Shown: positions 31,173 to 41,969, counted from the stretch's first letter. The stretch: DNA of 64,000 nucleotides from Candidatus Bathyarchaeota archaeon (GCA_963815095.1 CAWFFH010000001.1:117759-181758), one strand, 5' to 3'. Numbers and translations: made by a program. The notes: generated by a model from the sequence alone, not told the origin.

Positions 31173-31646
31173 TTAAAGCCCGAGCTCTTTTGCTCGTTGC
31201 TCTATTTCTTGAATCGTTCTTGCTTGTTCCCCACAATTCTTTAAACTGTTCTCTAGCATTTCTTTATCTACGGGGTAGAGGGTTCTAATTATTTCATCTT
31301 GCAAAGGCAACCACTTATCCAGTTTGATTGCGAATTTTTCTTCAATGTAGCGTCTTTCTTTGGGAAAGATTTCTTCATGTCCTTCTGGTGTGTTCAATCG
31401 GTATACTTCGTGGAAAACAAGTTCGTAGAATGCTTTTTTGTCTTGGCATCTTGTCAAGTGGATGATCTGGTTTGACCAGTTGTCTCCCCAAGCGTATCCT
31501 CCAGTTGGATACTTGAATTCACTTTTCCATTCAGGGGTTAGAGGTTCAAAAATCTCGAATTTAACTTGGCTATGTTTGAAATACCTTTTTTTGATATGTT
31601 CATTTACTTCGTCAATAATCTTCTTCTCTTCATTGTTCGGTTCCAA
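31173..31646 (-). CDS. Hypothetical protein with a degenerate zincin-like motif
   Basis: ELVFHEVYR...H. Confidence 0.6.
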   Translation of the reverse strand: MEPNNEEKKIIDEVNEHIKKRYFKHSQVKFEIFEPLTPEWKSEFKYPTGGYAWGDNWSNQIIHLTRCQDKKAFYELVFHEVYRLNTPEGHEEIFPKERRYIEEKFAIKLDKWLPLQDEIIRTLYPVDKEMLENSLKNCGEQARTIQEIEQRAKELGL

Positions 31647-32180
31647 AATTGTTTCCCATACCTTGTTATATTAATGTAGGCTCAAGCATTAAAATTTAAT
31701 CCGAAAAAATTAGGCTTTTATTTTTTCAACCTTCAAAACGAACTTGTAACATTCACATTTCGGTTTAACACATACTCTATCCAAAAAACGTGAATGCTCA
31801 CTTTTGAGGTGCTCACAGGTGCACCTTTCGTCAATAATTTTAGCTTTGTCTATCATGATTTAGTCCTTGTTTAATGAACAACTTTAACCTTCAAATGGTT
31901 TTAGGTGTGGCTCAAATATAATTTTAATTCAACAACCCAAACCACATTAAATTTCAAAATGTGTTATCTCGGAACTTTAAGCCTTTTCACAAAACTAGAA
32001 GACCAAATACCAGCAAACAGCATTTTAGCAAGGTTTCTGATTTAAAATCATTAAACCATAAACGTTGTAAAGTTGGGCCAAAACATAGAAAAACGGAAAA
32101 ATAACCATTAATGTATAAGTGGCATGCGACATCTCTGTTTATATTTAGCGTTTTAGCTTTAGTTTGCAAGGTGGGCTAAC

Positions 32181-32630
32181 ATGCAATCAAAAGTACATGC
32201 GTGCTTAATCCGGAATTGTACAACTACTATGTTGCTCTTTCCTTTAGCGGAGCTAAACCTTCTATAGATTTAGGCTTTGAAAAGAACAACGGATATGTAT
32301 GGGAGATAACATTGGTGGTCTTTGGAAGTTAGTGCACATGTTTCCTCAGATGTAGCGTATGTCGAGTTCTATCTCGATGGTCAACTCCAACTCAATGACA
32401 CTTCAACGCCGTTTAGTTGGCAGTTTGATACAAGCAACTATTCACCAGGCTCTCACGCCATAAAAGCAGTGGCCTATGACTCTTTAGGTGAAACATCGTT
32501 TCTACAAGTCGAGCGTAACTTCCAAGAAACATCAACAGAAACAATCACAACCATAATTATCTCCATAGTTATTGCAATAATAGTTGTTGCAATTGGATTT
32601 GCGCTCTATAAAACAAGAACAACGAAGTAA
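32181..32630 (+). pseudogene. Ig-like (Big) domain membrane protein, frameshifted at the 5' end
   Basis: VAYVEFYLDG...PFSWQFDT...GSHAIKAVAYD plus C-terminal TM. The signal-peptide region is in other frames. Confidence 0.62.
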
Positions 32631-32631
32631 T

Positions 32632-32734
32632 GAACAGAGTCGTTTAGTTCGCGGGAACGAAAGATGGCAAAAGAAAAAAGCAAAGTTAAGCAGGCGCAGT
32701 TGGGAGCATTTTTCAGTTAAAAACCTCTGGTAAC
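32632..32734 (+). repeat. Diverged copy of the 3' end of the DUF72 gene (55910-56014)
   Basis: GGCAAAAGAAAAA..GCA.AGTTAAGCAG.CGCAG.TGGG.GCATTTTTCAGTTAA..C.TCTGGTAAC is shared. Confidence 0.85.
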
Positions 32735-32889
32735 TGCCATTTGTTGATCTACCCATCAAATCAGAAGCAACAGTTAACTGAAAGAAGAAGAAAAAACGAA
32801 ATAAGAAATGTTAATGTCAGCCGAGCCATAGCAAGCTACTTAAACCCTTTTAAAGAAAACAGGGCATAACTCGTAAACAGGTACTGAAA

Positions 32890-33775
32890 ATGAGTAATCG
32901 TATACTCGTATTCTTGGTCTTTCTTGTTTGCGGTATAGGTTTGCCCTCTCTTTCAGGGTTGCTTATTTTTTCAGCGTTGCCGATTGAACTAACAATCCCG
33001 TATACATTGATACTTTCTATCCTATTCTTGTCGATTGTAATCTTTTTACGCAGACAAAAATCAATCAGGTGCTATTGGAAAGTCTTCTTCGCGTTCTTCA
33101 TCGCTTCCTTAGCATTGCTTCTTGACTTCATCGTCAACCTGCCCTCAGATACCATGACGGTATTGCTTTAGATATGTTGGTGAGCACTTGATAATTGTAG
33201 GTACCATAGTTCTTTTGACTGTTGTTTCCGTTAGTTCCGTGGGCTCGATTTATCTAAAGAAAGGAAACTTTAAGTTAGGGCTGATAATTGGGCTCGCAGG
33301 CTTTTTCTTCTTTGCTTTGACGTCTATTCCGGCTGCTCAGTACTTGTTTCAAGGCCAAAACCTTAGCTTAGAGAGAGTGGTTGCGTGGCTACCTTGGTTA
33401 ATCCCTATAGTATTGCTAAATGGCGTAAGAGAAGAATAGTTATACAGAGGTCTGTTTCTCAAGAAGTTTCAGCCAAAACTCGGATCAAAAACATCCAATC
33501 TTCTGCAAGCAATAATTTTCTCGCTAAGTCACTCTGTAGCAGGGGTAGGACTCAGTGCATATACGCCTTACATTTGGGGTTTGGTTATCTTCACATTTTC
33601 TCTTGGGCTTGCTTGGGGGTACATCATGCAACGTACAGATAGCATGTTGGGTTCTGCTTTGTTTCATGCTGGAACTGATATTCCAGTTTTCATCGGAATT
33701 TTCTCAAACAATTTAATAACCTCGCCTAACCTAAGTAGAAGTAGGCCAGAAAATATTTCACTGTTCTTCTACTAA
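32890..33775 (+). pseudogene. CPBP (CAAX/Abi) intramembrane metalloprotease, disrupted by a frameshift and an in-frame TAG
   Basis: EE*LYRG, IFSLSH and LFHAGTD motifs are spread across ORFs 32890, 33188 and 33581. Confidence 0.8.
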
Positions 33776-33880
33776 CCATAAGCTTAGAAAATTTAGCTGG
33801 GTAAAAGAAGACAGTAACCCTGCACACAACGCTGTATTCTTCTTTCAACTTTAAGCTAATTTATTATTGAATCCACCAGT
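33722..33880 (+). repeat. Dispersed repeat family A, copy 1 (others at 40406-40495, 51276-51432, 59519-59603; diverged at 20047-20082)
   Basis: CCTAACCTAAGTAGAAGTAG-ACCAGAAAATATTTCACTGT-TCTTCTACTA imperfect palindrome. Confidence 0.88.
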
Positions 33881-34342
33881 TAACATTTCGCAGACTCTAT
33901 CGGGGTTTTTAGAAGAAAAGACAAACACTCTTCCCTCCTTGGGAGTAACCTCGACGGCGGTGGCAAGCGAAGTAGTATAAGCCATTGAACCGTCAAGTCC
34001 AAATCTAACCCCTATCCCTATGTATCTGCCAAATGCTTTGGTTTTTTTGCATGAAGTAATATCTTTGAGCAAGAAAGATTTTTTGTCGAATCGTCCATAA
34101 TCTACAAAGAGGCTCTCATCGGTAATTTTTATTTGAAGGCCTCGGTAATTCCATAATACCAACAGCAGGATAGCTAAAACCACCCAAGCTACCAAAACCC
34201 CCAGAATATCCTCAACTAATAATCCTTCGTTGAAAATGAAAACCGCAAAAGTAACTATAACAACAATAATACTAACCATAGCAAATAAACCCTTAACAAG
34301 GGCGCCTGTAGGAACCCATTCTCTGTATTCGATATTTTCCAT
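33851..34342 (-). CDS. Two-TM membrane protein with PH-like domain
   Basis: Two TM helices, then L.IKITDE.L.V.YG...GIGVRFG...FVFSSKNPD. Confidence 0.75.
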   Translation of the reverse strand: MENIEYREWVPTGALVKGLFAMVSIIVVIVTFAVFIFNEGLLVEDILGVLVAWVVLAILLLVLWNYRGLQIKITDESLFVDYGRFDKKSFLLKDITSCKKTKAFGRYIGIGVRFGLDGSMAYTTSLATAVEVTPKEGRVFVFSSKNPDRVCEMLTGGFNNKLA

Positions 34343-34551
34343 GTCTATGTTATCAAATAAGGCTCAGATAAATTTTCGCCAAAACGAACATTCAAATGTA
34401 TAGCAAAAAAATTTAGGCAGAAGAAAAAGAAATGCAATAAACATGGATCCAGGTTTAACCCTGCTTTCGATGCGGTTAAAGAGTTATAATTAATGAACAG
34501 TTGAAAACTGGCTGCTAATTTTTTTCTATCAGTTTATCCTTGTGCTTGTGT

Positions 34552-36435
34552 TTATAATTGTTTGATTGTGAGGATGCGTCCGTAGTTGCTGTGAATATTG
34601 ATGGGTCGGGTTTCGCCTTGAGTTATGTTGCCTATGTCTTGGTATCCTGGGAGTTCATCGATGTAGTTGCCTGCAAAGTTGAAGGTGAATGGCACGTTTT
34701 GTTCTTGGTCGCTAAAGTTTAATGCTATCAGGCTAAAGTTTTGGCTATCGGCGCGGTGGAAAATAATGATTCCTTTTTCTTGTAGGGTTTGGTCGTTGTA
34801 GAAGTAGCCTTCTCCTTGTCTTATTTGAGGTCTTTTTTTGCGGATTTTAATGAGGTTTCTGACGAGGCTGATTGTTGATTTGCCAATCTGATCATAGAAG
34901 TAGTCCCAGCGTACTGGTCGAAACAGTAGCACACGCCCCATTGATGCGGTGTCTGAGGGGTTTGGCAGATAATAGTTTTCTGCGAATTCTTGGCCTTGCC
35001 AAAGCAGTGGAATTCCTTTAGCCATGAGCATCCCGATTAGGTATGGTTGCAGTTTATAGAATAAGCTTCTGTTTCCCTGCCAAATTAACGGATCTCCTTC
35101 TACGTTGCTGAAGTTGCAGACGAATCGTGAGTGGTCATGATTCTCAAAGTATTGGAGTGCAGTCTTTTTTATAGTGTCTCCGTTGGTGGTTTGTTCTCTT
35201 GGGAATTGGTCAAGGCAGAACATGAAGCCCAAATTTGTAAGTTCGTCTAGGTTTCCTTTGGCGATTTTTTCGCCGGCGTTAAGGGTTTTGTCTTGCCAGG
35301 TAGCGTTTGAGTAGCTTTCTGTTAGAATTCCTTTTGGATCGTTTAGTTGTTCGGCACATTGGATAAGGTTGATTTTTCCGTTATTGTGGAATCGTTGCCA
35401 ATCTGGGTCGTCTTTTTTTGATTTTATTAGTTGATACGTTTGATATGATAGTGCGGCGTATTTGTTGCCGGTGGGGCCGTCCCAGAAATTTGGTACATTA
35501 TCGTAGCGGAATCCGTCAACGTGGAATTGTTTGAGCCATTGGTAATTGACTGTGTAGAAGAAATCTTGTGTGATTGTTTTGTCGTAATTGGGAGTTTTTC
35601 CGTATTCATCGGTGCCTTTCATGACTGGGTTGTCTTGGTACTGTAGGGCATTGTAAATGTAGAAGTAGGCAAAGTCGGCGGCTGTGTGAGCGTATACTGA
35701 GTCAACGATTACTGCTATTCCATGTTGGTGCGCTGCATCGATTAGTTTTTGTATGTCTTTTCTGTTTCCAAAGCGTTCGTCCACGCCAAAGTAGCCAATG
35801 GGTAAATACCCCCAATCTATTGTTGCTGCAACATTGGATAAGGGCATAAGCTCTATGCAGTTTATCCCCAAGTCCGCTAAATAATCTAATCTGGCTATGG
35901 TTTGATCGATGCTTCCGCCAAATTCGTTAATCATTAACTCATAAATTATCAGGTCTTCTAAATCGGGCGTTTTCCAGGTGGCTTCGCTTGAACTCCATTG
36001 GTATGGTTTGTAGCCTAAGGTTATAGCTGAGAGTTTGCCTATGCCAAATTCGCTGGCGCAAGGGTCAATAATCCAATCTAGCAGTTTTTGGGGGTACTTG
36101 GTTTCGGTTAGGTTTGGGTTTTCTAAATAGTATCGGTAGACATATTGTCCATTGGTTCCCCAGGCTGAATCTGGTGTAGGTTTAGCAATTGACAGTATGT
36201 TCAGACTCATTGACCAGTAATCACCATAGTCTGGATCTGTGGAGTGTTCCAATTCAAATTTGAGAGGCTGGATATTTTGGAGAAATTGGTCTTTCTCGTG
36301 GATGATTTTGACGAAAAGCTTGTTGCCGTCAACGGCTGATATCCATGGTAAAAAGATTCCAAAATTAACGGTGCCTAATGGTCCTTCACGAGCTCCTAGT
36401 TTAGTTAATGGCAGAAGTTTCAAAAGAATTCCCAT
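34552..36435 (-). CDS. GH13 alpha-amylase family glycoside hydrolase (branching enzyme/trehalohydrolase-like)
   Basis: IIYELM, LGINCIELMP, WGY.P, DSVYAH, DGFRYD, CAEQ, FENHD and GQEF. Confidence 0.9.
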   Translation of the reverse strand: MGILLKLLPLTKLGAREGPLGTVNFGIFLPWISAVDGNKLFVKIIHEKDQFLQNIQPLKFELEHSTDPDYGDYWSMSLNILSIAKPTPDSAWGTNGQYVYRYYLENPNLTETKYPQKLLDWIIDPCASEFGIGKLSAITLGYKPYQWSSSEATWKTPDLEDLIIYELMINEFGGSIDQTIARLDYLADLGINCIELMPLSNVAATIDWGYLPIGYFGVDERFGNRKDIQKLIDAAHQHGIAVIVDSVYAHTAADFAYFYIYNALQYQDNPVMKGTDEYGKTPNYDKTITQDFFYTVNYQWLKQFHVDGFRYDNVPNFWDGPTGNKYAALSYQTYQLIKSKKDDPDWQRFHNNGKINLIQCAEQLNDPKGILTESYSNATWQDKTLNAGEKIAKGNLDELTNLGFMFCLDQFPREQTTNGDTIKKTALQYFENHDHSRFVCNFSNVEGDPLIWQGNRSLFYKLQPYLIGMLMAKGIPLLWQGQEFAENYYLPNPSDTASMGRVLLFRPVRWDYFYDQIGKSTISLVRNLIKIRKKRPQIRQGEGYFYNDQTLQEKGIIIFHRADSQNFSLIALNFSDQEQNVPFTFNFAGNYIDELPGYQDIGNITQGETRPINIHSNYGRILTIKQL

Positions 36436-36784
36436 AAGCTAAATGTTAATTCTTGTTTTTTAACACTACTACGTTAGGAAGATTAAGAAAAAGGAAAGCT
36501 GTTGTTCCCCCTGAAATTTTACCTAGAACAACTACTTCTAAGAGTATGCTTTTTTCAGCTTTCTCCTTTTAAATGCAGCGGTTGAAGGCGATTTTTCTTA
36601 AAATTGTGGGACACAAAGAAGTGTCAAAAGCTAGAATTCGAAAAGCTGAGCATGTTAACTACTGCACATAATGGTGCCGGTTCTAAACATGGGTAAGCTA
36701 CCAGTCTTTATTGTTTGCGATGTAATTGTTTTTATTCACAGAGCTTCCTAGTGTTAAATTGGAAACAGAAGGAGCTGAAATGAA

Positions 36785-37774
36785 ATGAGCTGGGCATCTG
36801 ATGCATGGAATTGGGTCAAAGATAAAGCAGGAGAGGTAGGTAATGCTATTGGGGATAGCGCAAAGACTTTTTCTGGAGGGTTAATTGACTTTTTTACTAA
36901 TGCTAGTGCTGTTCTTGAACGGTTTAAATCGGTTGAACAGCCGAAAATTGAGGCTATTATGGATTCAGTTGAAGGCAACCTTGAGGAATCAAAAGAAGTT
37001 CTCGAACAAGTGGACAAACTATTTGTGACAAAGAAGAAAATACCGCTTGGAGTAACGGAAATAGACCAACTGCCTGATTTCACCAAATTGAAGCTTCAGT
37101 TTCTATTGGATGAGGTAAATAGCCTTGAGAGCTCAGTGAAAAGGGATTTGACGTTGTTATCTCATTATAGAGAGATAAAGGCGGGTTTTCAGCCGACTGA
37201 TTTACAAATTCAGAACGAGATTGATTCGATAAAATTGGGCATTTTCTCTAAAAGTTAGTTTGATGATATAACGAAGAAATCTCTGGGCAATGCTGAAAAA
37301 GAAACACTATCATACATGCCTCCACCAGTGCTTAGTTTAACAAAGGAACTTACTCCAACAATAGACAAATACTTTGCATTAAACTCCAGATATGAATCTT
37401 TCAAGGGATACCAGATATTCCATTGGGGAGAAATCGACAAGCTACATGGAGAAATCGACAAGATTAAGTATGCATACGTTGACGAACCAGGCGTAATTCC
37501 GAGAACTTTAGCAAATATTGAGAATATTGTTGCCAGAGTCAATACGGAAGAGCAACCAAGAATCGAGAAGATAATGGACTCAGTAAATGGAAACTTGGTG
37601 GAATCGCAAGGGATACTCAACAAGATAAATGGAATTGCAGGAAAAGTAACTGGTTTTGTAGGCAACAACACTCTATTGCTTAAGATCGGTATTGGCATTG
37701 CAGGTGCCGGAATTATTCTTACCTTAATATTAATACCCATATTGTTAATCAGATGGATAGTTTGGGGCGTCTAG
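36785..37774 (+). CDS. Helical protein with internal duplication and C-terminal TM, interrupted by an in-frame TAG at 37256
   Basis: ORFs 36785 and 37316 are in the same frame with a single TAG between them. EQPKIEAIMDSVEGNLEES and EQPRIEKIMDSVNGNLVES are repeats. Confidence 0.7.
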
Positions 37775-37828
37775 AAAATATTCACTTTTTTATTAGCCCA
37801 ACAACCTTTTTAGGTTAGAAGCTAATTT

Positions 37829-39319
37829 TCAGCGTGAGCTTATGAGTTTTTTCCCAATTTTCAACACTTCTTTTACCATAATCTCAAAGTCTTCCCGGCG
37901 ACTCCGATGATTGGTGTTAGCCACACGAAGAACATATCTGCCATTGATTACTGTCCCGGTTAAAACGGCAATGCCACTTTCCTGTAACTCAATGGCAATC
38001 TGCTTGTTAACTTCATCAAGCACAAAGTCATCTACCTCAGTTGAGACAAAACGGAAGCAGACAATATTAAGGCTAATCGGTGCTGAAAGCACCAGATCAG
38101 ACGAAGCTTCGATTAGTTCGCCCAAATAAAAAGCTTGATCGATGTTCTGCTGAATTATCCTAGCGTATTTCTTTGAGCCATGCTCTTTAATCGACATCCA
38201 CGCCTTAAGCGCGCGAAATCCTCGTGAAAGCTCATAGCTGTAATCGCTAAACCAAGGTAAATCGCCTCCAGCAACACCGCGTTCTCCTTTCCCGTGAGCA
38301 AGGTAATCAGGCGTTAAAGAGAAAGCCTTACGATGATACTTTTCTTGCTGCACTAGAACACATCCTATTTCGTAGGGCATATACATCCACTTATGCAGAT
38401 CCAAAGCCAATGAGTCAGCTAACTCGATTCCCATTACCAATTTTTTTGCTTTAGGCGACAGGCGAGCCCATGCACCGAACGCTCCGTCAACATGGAACCA
38501 AAGTTTTTCTCTTCTGCATAAGGTAGCTAAGGAATATAGGTCATCAACGCTTCCGGTGTTTGTTGTGCCTGCAGCTCCAACTACGCAGAAAGGCGCGAAG
38601 CCCTCTTTGCGGTCTTGTATGATGGCTAAATTGAGCTTTGCAATGTCAATTTGGAAATGATCGTTAACCGGCAATAATCGCAGGGCTTCATTTCCAAGTC
38701 CAAGAAGTTCAACCGCTTTCTGAATTGAACTGTGGGCTTCTTCGCTGGCGTAAAGGACCATCTTTTCAGGTGAAAGTTGCAGTCCTTTACTGCGTAGATC
38801 AAAGCTTGCTTTCATGTTGCGTGCGACTGCTAAACCGATCAGGTTAGAGGCTGAGCAACCGCTGGTTAATATTCCGCTTGCTGAAGCTGGGAATTCTAGC
38901 ATTTCCTTAATCCAGTCGAGGACCTGTTTTTCAACGTGGTTAGCGATATGGTTGCCCCCTCCATTGTTTGTGTTCATAGAGGCTGCCAACAGTTCGGCAA
39001 AGGCACCTGTTACAGTTCCCGTTCCCAGTATCCAACCCCAGAAGCGTGGGTGGATATTTCCCATTGGATACGGCAACACTTTTTCCACAAATTCCCGGTA
39101 GACTTCTTCAGGTTGTTCAGGATTGAGCGGCACGGGTGCGGTAAACTGGGATTTGACTTGATCGGGAATATTTTGCCAGACAGGACGCTCTCGAACAGTT
39201 TTCAGGTAATCTATCATGTCGTCAATCATCTTGTGACCAAGCTTTCGAGTAGATTCCCAATCATTAGGATCTAGCGTTTCTTCAGTCGTGTCTTTGTTGG
39301 TTTCTCGCGTCACATTCAA
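37829..39319 (-). CDS. PLP-dependent group II (aromatic amino acid-type) decarboxylase
   Basis: HPRFWG, AHSSIQKA, AGTTNTG, WFHVDGAFG and DLHKW (PLP lysine). Confidence 0.93.
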   Translation of the reverse strand: MNVTRETNKDTTEETLDPNDWESTRKLGHKMIDDMIDYLKTVRERPVWQNIPDQVKSQFTAPVPLNPEQPEEVYREFVEKVLPYPMGNIHPRFWGWILGTGTVTGAFAELLAASMNTNNGGGNHIANHVEKQVLDWIKEMLEFPASASGILTSGCSASNLIGLAVARNMKASFDLRSKGLQLSPEKMVLYASEEAHSSIQKAVELLGLGNEALRLLPVNDHFQIDIAKLNLAIIQDRKEGFAPFCVVGAAGTTNTGSVDDLYSLATLCRREKLWFHVDGAFGAWARLSPKAKKLVMGIELADSLALDLHKWMYMPYEIGCVLVQQEKYHRKAFSLTPDYLAHGKGERGVAGGDLPWFSDYSYELSRGFRALKAWMSIKEHGSKKYARIIQQNIDQAFYLGELIEASSDLVLSAPISLNIVCFRFVSTEVDDFVLDEVNKQIAIELQESGIAVLTGTVINGRYVLRVANTNHRSRREDFEIMVKEVLKIGKKLISSR

Positions 39320-39686
39320 ATCCTCTGTTTAATCCTATTAAATACTGGCTTTATTTGTTACTATAAAATTGTTAAATAATTTCAACCAAAAGTTAACGTT
39401 CCAAAACTATTCGCCTCATCTTTTTCTCGGTTTTTTGATTACAAATCTGTGTATAATGCGGTACAGGTTGGTACGAATATAAATTCCCAAGGCAATGGGG
39501 CTTTTTTTGGGGCTTTTTGTTCTAAAAATGGTGCCGATCCTTTGTCTGTTATTGTTGGGGTTCGTAAAGAAGGAAGCCATCTGTATGTGGTGCAGGTTGA
39601 ACGTCGTTTGGCGGAACTGGATAAGGCTTGGGTAAAGGGGTATCTAATCATTTGCAGATTATCAGGGGTATACGGGACATCAAATA

Positions 39687-39769
39687 GTAGAAGAAGGACG
39701 GGTGATTTTCTACGGCATGTCCTTCTTCTTCTTTCAACAAGCCCAGAATGCTCACGTGACTAAAGAAGA
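39687..39769 (+). repeat. Dispersed repeat family B, copy 1 (others at 59431-59494, 59700-59775; related at 49614-49668 and 24228-24272)
   Basis: GAAGAAGGAC-GGGTGATTTTCTACGGCAT-GTCCTTCTTC palindrome with conserved spacer. Confidence 0.85.
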
Positions 39770-39843
39770 TCACTCGGATTGTTGGAAATACATTAAATAA
39801 TCTTATGTTACTTTGTGTTATGTGAAGTAATTGGAGGGCTGCT

Positions 39844-40083
39844 TTGATGGTGAAAAATGTTATCGATTTAAACGAACGGGACAGCCGAGTAATCAACATA
39901 GTTAAGGCAAAGTATGGGCTTAAAGATAAAAGCCAAGCTTTGAGCGTAATTATCCAGCGTTATGAAGAATGTGAGCTTGAACCCCAGCTTAGACCCGAGT
40001 TTGTGAAAGAAATAGAGAACACCGCTAAGAGGGGTAAATTTGTCAAGGTTAAAAATTTCGCGGAAGAGTACGGACTAAAGTGA
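39844..40083 (+). CDS. DUF2683-like antitoxin
   Basis: VINIVKAKYGLKDKSQAL...LEPQLRPEF; directly upstream of a RelE toxin. Confidence 0.85.
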   Translation: MMVKNVIDLNERDSRVINIVKAKYGLKDKSQALSVIIQRYEECELEPQLRPEFVKEIENTAKRGKFVKVKNFAEEYGLK

Positions 40084-40087
40084 TTGC

Positions 40088-40347
40088 TTGTATAGTCTTG
40101 AAATCGAGGAAGAGGTTTCTAAAACTTTCCACAAACTGCTCAAGAAAGATAAGGTGCAGTTAGAGGCTATAATAAAAAAATCATTCAGATCTTATCCGAT
40201 CCATATCAATTCAAACCCTTAAGATCCCCCTTAGAAGGCCTAAGCCGTGTCCACATTGGATCCTTTGTGCTCATTTACCGAGTGATAGAAAACCCCGCTA
40301 CCGTACAAATAATAAAGTATACCCATCACGATGAAGCATACCTTTAA
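40088..40347 (+). CDS. relE: RelE/ParE family toxin with one frameshift in an A-run
   Basis: MYSLEIEEEVSKTFHKL...FKPLRSPLEGLSRVHIGSFVLIY...YTHHDEAYL. Confidence 0.8.
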
Positions 40348-40405
40348 GACTTCAGCACAACCACCTCTCCCACGCTTCAATTATTTTAAAAAAAGACAAA
40401 CACTT

Positions 40406-40495
40406 CTCGCCTAACCTAAGTAGAAGTAGACCAGAAAATTTTTCACTGTTCTTCTACTACCCACAAAGACCCCCTCTGGGGTTAGGAAGTTGATC
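40406..40495 (+). repeat. Dispersed repeat family A, copy 2
   Basis: Near-identical core to copy 1; tail CCCACAAAGACC..TCTG.GGTTAGG shared with 59519-59603. Confidence 0.88.
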
Positions 40496-40522
40496 TGGAT
40501 TTTGTTTCTGTTGAAGAACTAT

Positions 40523-41128
40523 CTATTTTGTGATTTTTTTCTCTATCTTTTCAAATAGTTCTACAAAAGTCTGTTCCGGCTGAGCACCTACAATTGTATA
40601 TTCATCATTTATAATAAACGTAGGAACACCGGTGATGTTGCGTTTTTTTGCTTCAGCACAGTTATTTGCATATGTTTTTTGGAGCAACGGGTCTTCCAAC
40701 GCATTTTCAATATCCTTTTTTGTCAAGCCAATTTTCTTTGCTAAATCTATGATGACCTCGTTTTTTCCAATGTCAAGGCAGTCTTCAAAGTAGGCTTTGA
40801 ATATTTTATCTGTAAATTCTTCATTTTTGCCCCTAATCCGTGAGTATTCACCAACTATAAGGGATCGTCTTGAATTAGGCAACACCCTAACATCACAAAA
40901 GTTCAAACCGTACTCTCTGCCTCTATTTCTCAAATGTTCATACATTTCATTTGTTTGAGAAATGTATTTTCTTAAATCGGCGCCGCTGATGGGTGTTTCT
41001 GGATGAATTTCAATTCCAACGTGTTCAAGTTCGATATCAAATTGATTTTTGAGTTTATCAATAATAGCTTTGCCAAGGTAACAAAAGGGGCAAATGTAAT
41101 CTGAAAATATTCTAATTTTTATTTTCAT
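40523..41128 (-). CDS. DsbA/FrnE family thiol-disulfide oxidoreductase
   Basis: FSDYICPFCYLG, ITGVPTF and GAQP. Start at ATG 41128. Confidence 0.92.
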   Translation of the reverse strand: MKIKIRIFSDYICPFCYLGKAIIDKLKNQFDIELEHVGIEIHPETPISGADLRKYISQTNEMYEHLRNRGREYGLNFCDVRVLPNSRRSLIVGEYSRIRGKNEEFTDKIFKAYFEDCLDIGKNEVIIDLAKKIGLTKKDIENALEDPLLQKTYANNCAEAKKRNITGVPTFIINDEYTIVGAQPEQTFVELFEKIEKKITK

Positions 41129-41969
41129 TAAATCGCCTATGGACTGTCTGGTTTTTTTCTTCTTCTGTTTGCATTGGTGAGGAGTGCGCTTCTGTTGAAA
41201 GAGCACCGACGGTTTTAATCAGTTTTAGTCCTCTTTGAGTTATAACGTAGTCTCCTTTGGATGCTTCTTGTGCCATCAGATTTGCATCAACAAGTTTCTT
41301 TAGATGAAATGCTAAGTGGCCTGCCTTGAGATCTACTATTTTGGATAATTCTGAGAAGCTTCTTTTTCCTTTGCTGACTGAAAAGAGAATCTTGAGCCTT
41401 GATTGGTTTGCCAGTGGTTCTAGCAGTGAATCAACAAGAAATTGAGTGTCAATGACTTCAGGGTTATTGGTTTTGTTAATGTCTTCAACTAGAACAATTT
41501 CATGGTAGGCTCTTTTTTCACGCTTTAGCTTCTTATCAAAGTTGGAGAAACAGTTTCCGCATTGCTGACCTTTGGTCTTTTCAACCATTAACTCGTTTTC
41601 AGCTATTTTATCATCTAAGTCTGAAAGAGCTTCTTTTGTTCCAGATTGTTTGATAACTCGTGTGTTTTCTTCTATTGCGTTTTTGTAATGATCAAGACAT
41701 TTGTCTCTGTTTTGGCAATCTTCTTTGAGCAACATTGCAATGTCTTGATTTAAAGATTGAGACCTCTGACCAGCATAGACCAATAGGTGATTTTGCGAAA
41801 GGCTGTCTTCAACCGCACGAAGACGTTCCTTCAAAACAGTTTCTTCCATCCTGTTCATATCGGCTCTTAAACCTTTAATCTCCATCTTCAACTCAGCGAT
41901 TGCACCAATTAAGTAAATGGGTGATGAGTCTTTGCCTTTGTTAGCCAATATATTGTACTTCCCTTTCAT
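41112..41969 (-). CDS. ArsR-like wHTH regulator with Cys-containing N-terminal domain
   Basis: DCQNRDKC and QCGNC; C-terminal LEPLANQSRLKIL...FSELS...GHLAFHLKKL...YVITQRG. Confidence 0.82.
   Translation of the reverse strand: MKGKYNILANKGKDSSPIYLIGAIAELKMEIKGLRADMNRMEETVLKERLRAVEDSLSQNHLLVYAGQRSQSLNQDIAMLLKEDCQNRDKCLDHYKNAIEENTRVIKQSGTKEALSDLDDKIAENELMVEKTKGQQCGNCFSNFDKKLKREKRAYHEIVLVEDINKTNNPEVIDTQFLVDSLLEPLANQSRLKILFSVSKGKRSFSELSKIVDLKAGHLAFHLKKLVDANLMAQEASKGDYVITQRGLKLIKTVGALSTEAHSSPMQTEEEKNQTVHRRFNENKN

Noticed and set aside
39439-39763. Overlapping ORFs 39449..39763 (+) and 39439..39651 (-)
   Set aside because: No clear SD or motif and the + ORF runs into repeat B; cannot be supported as a gene.
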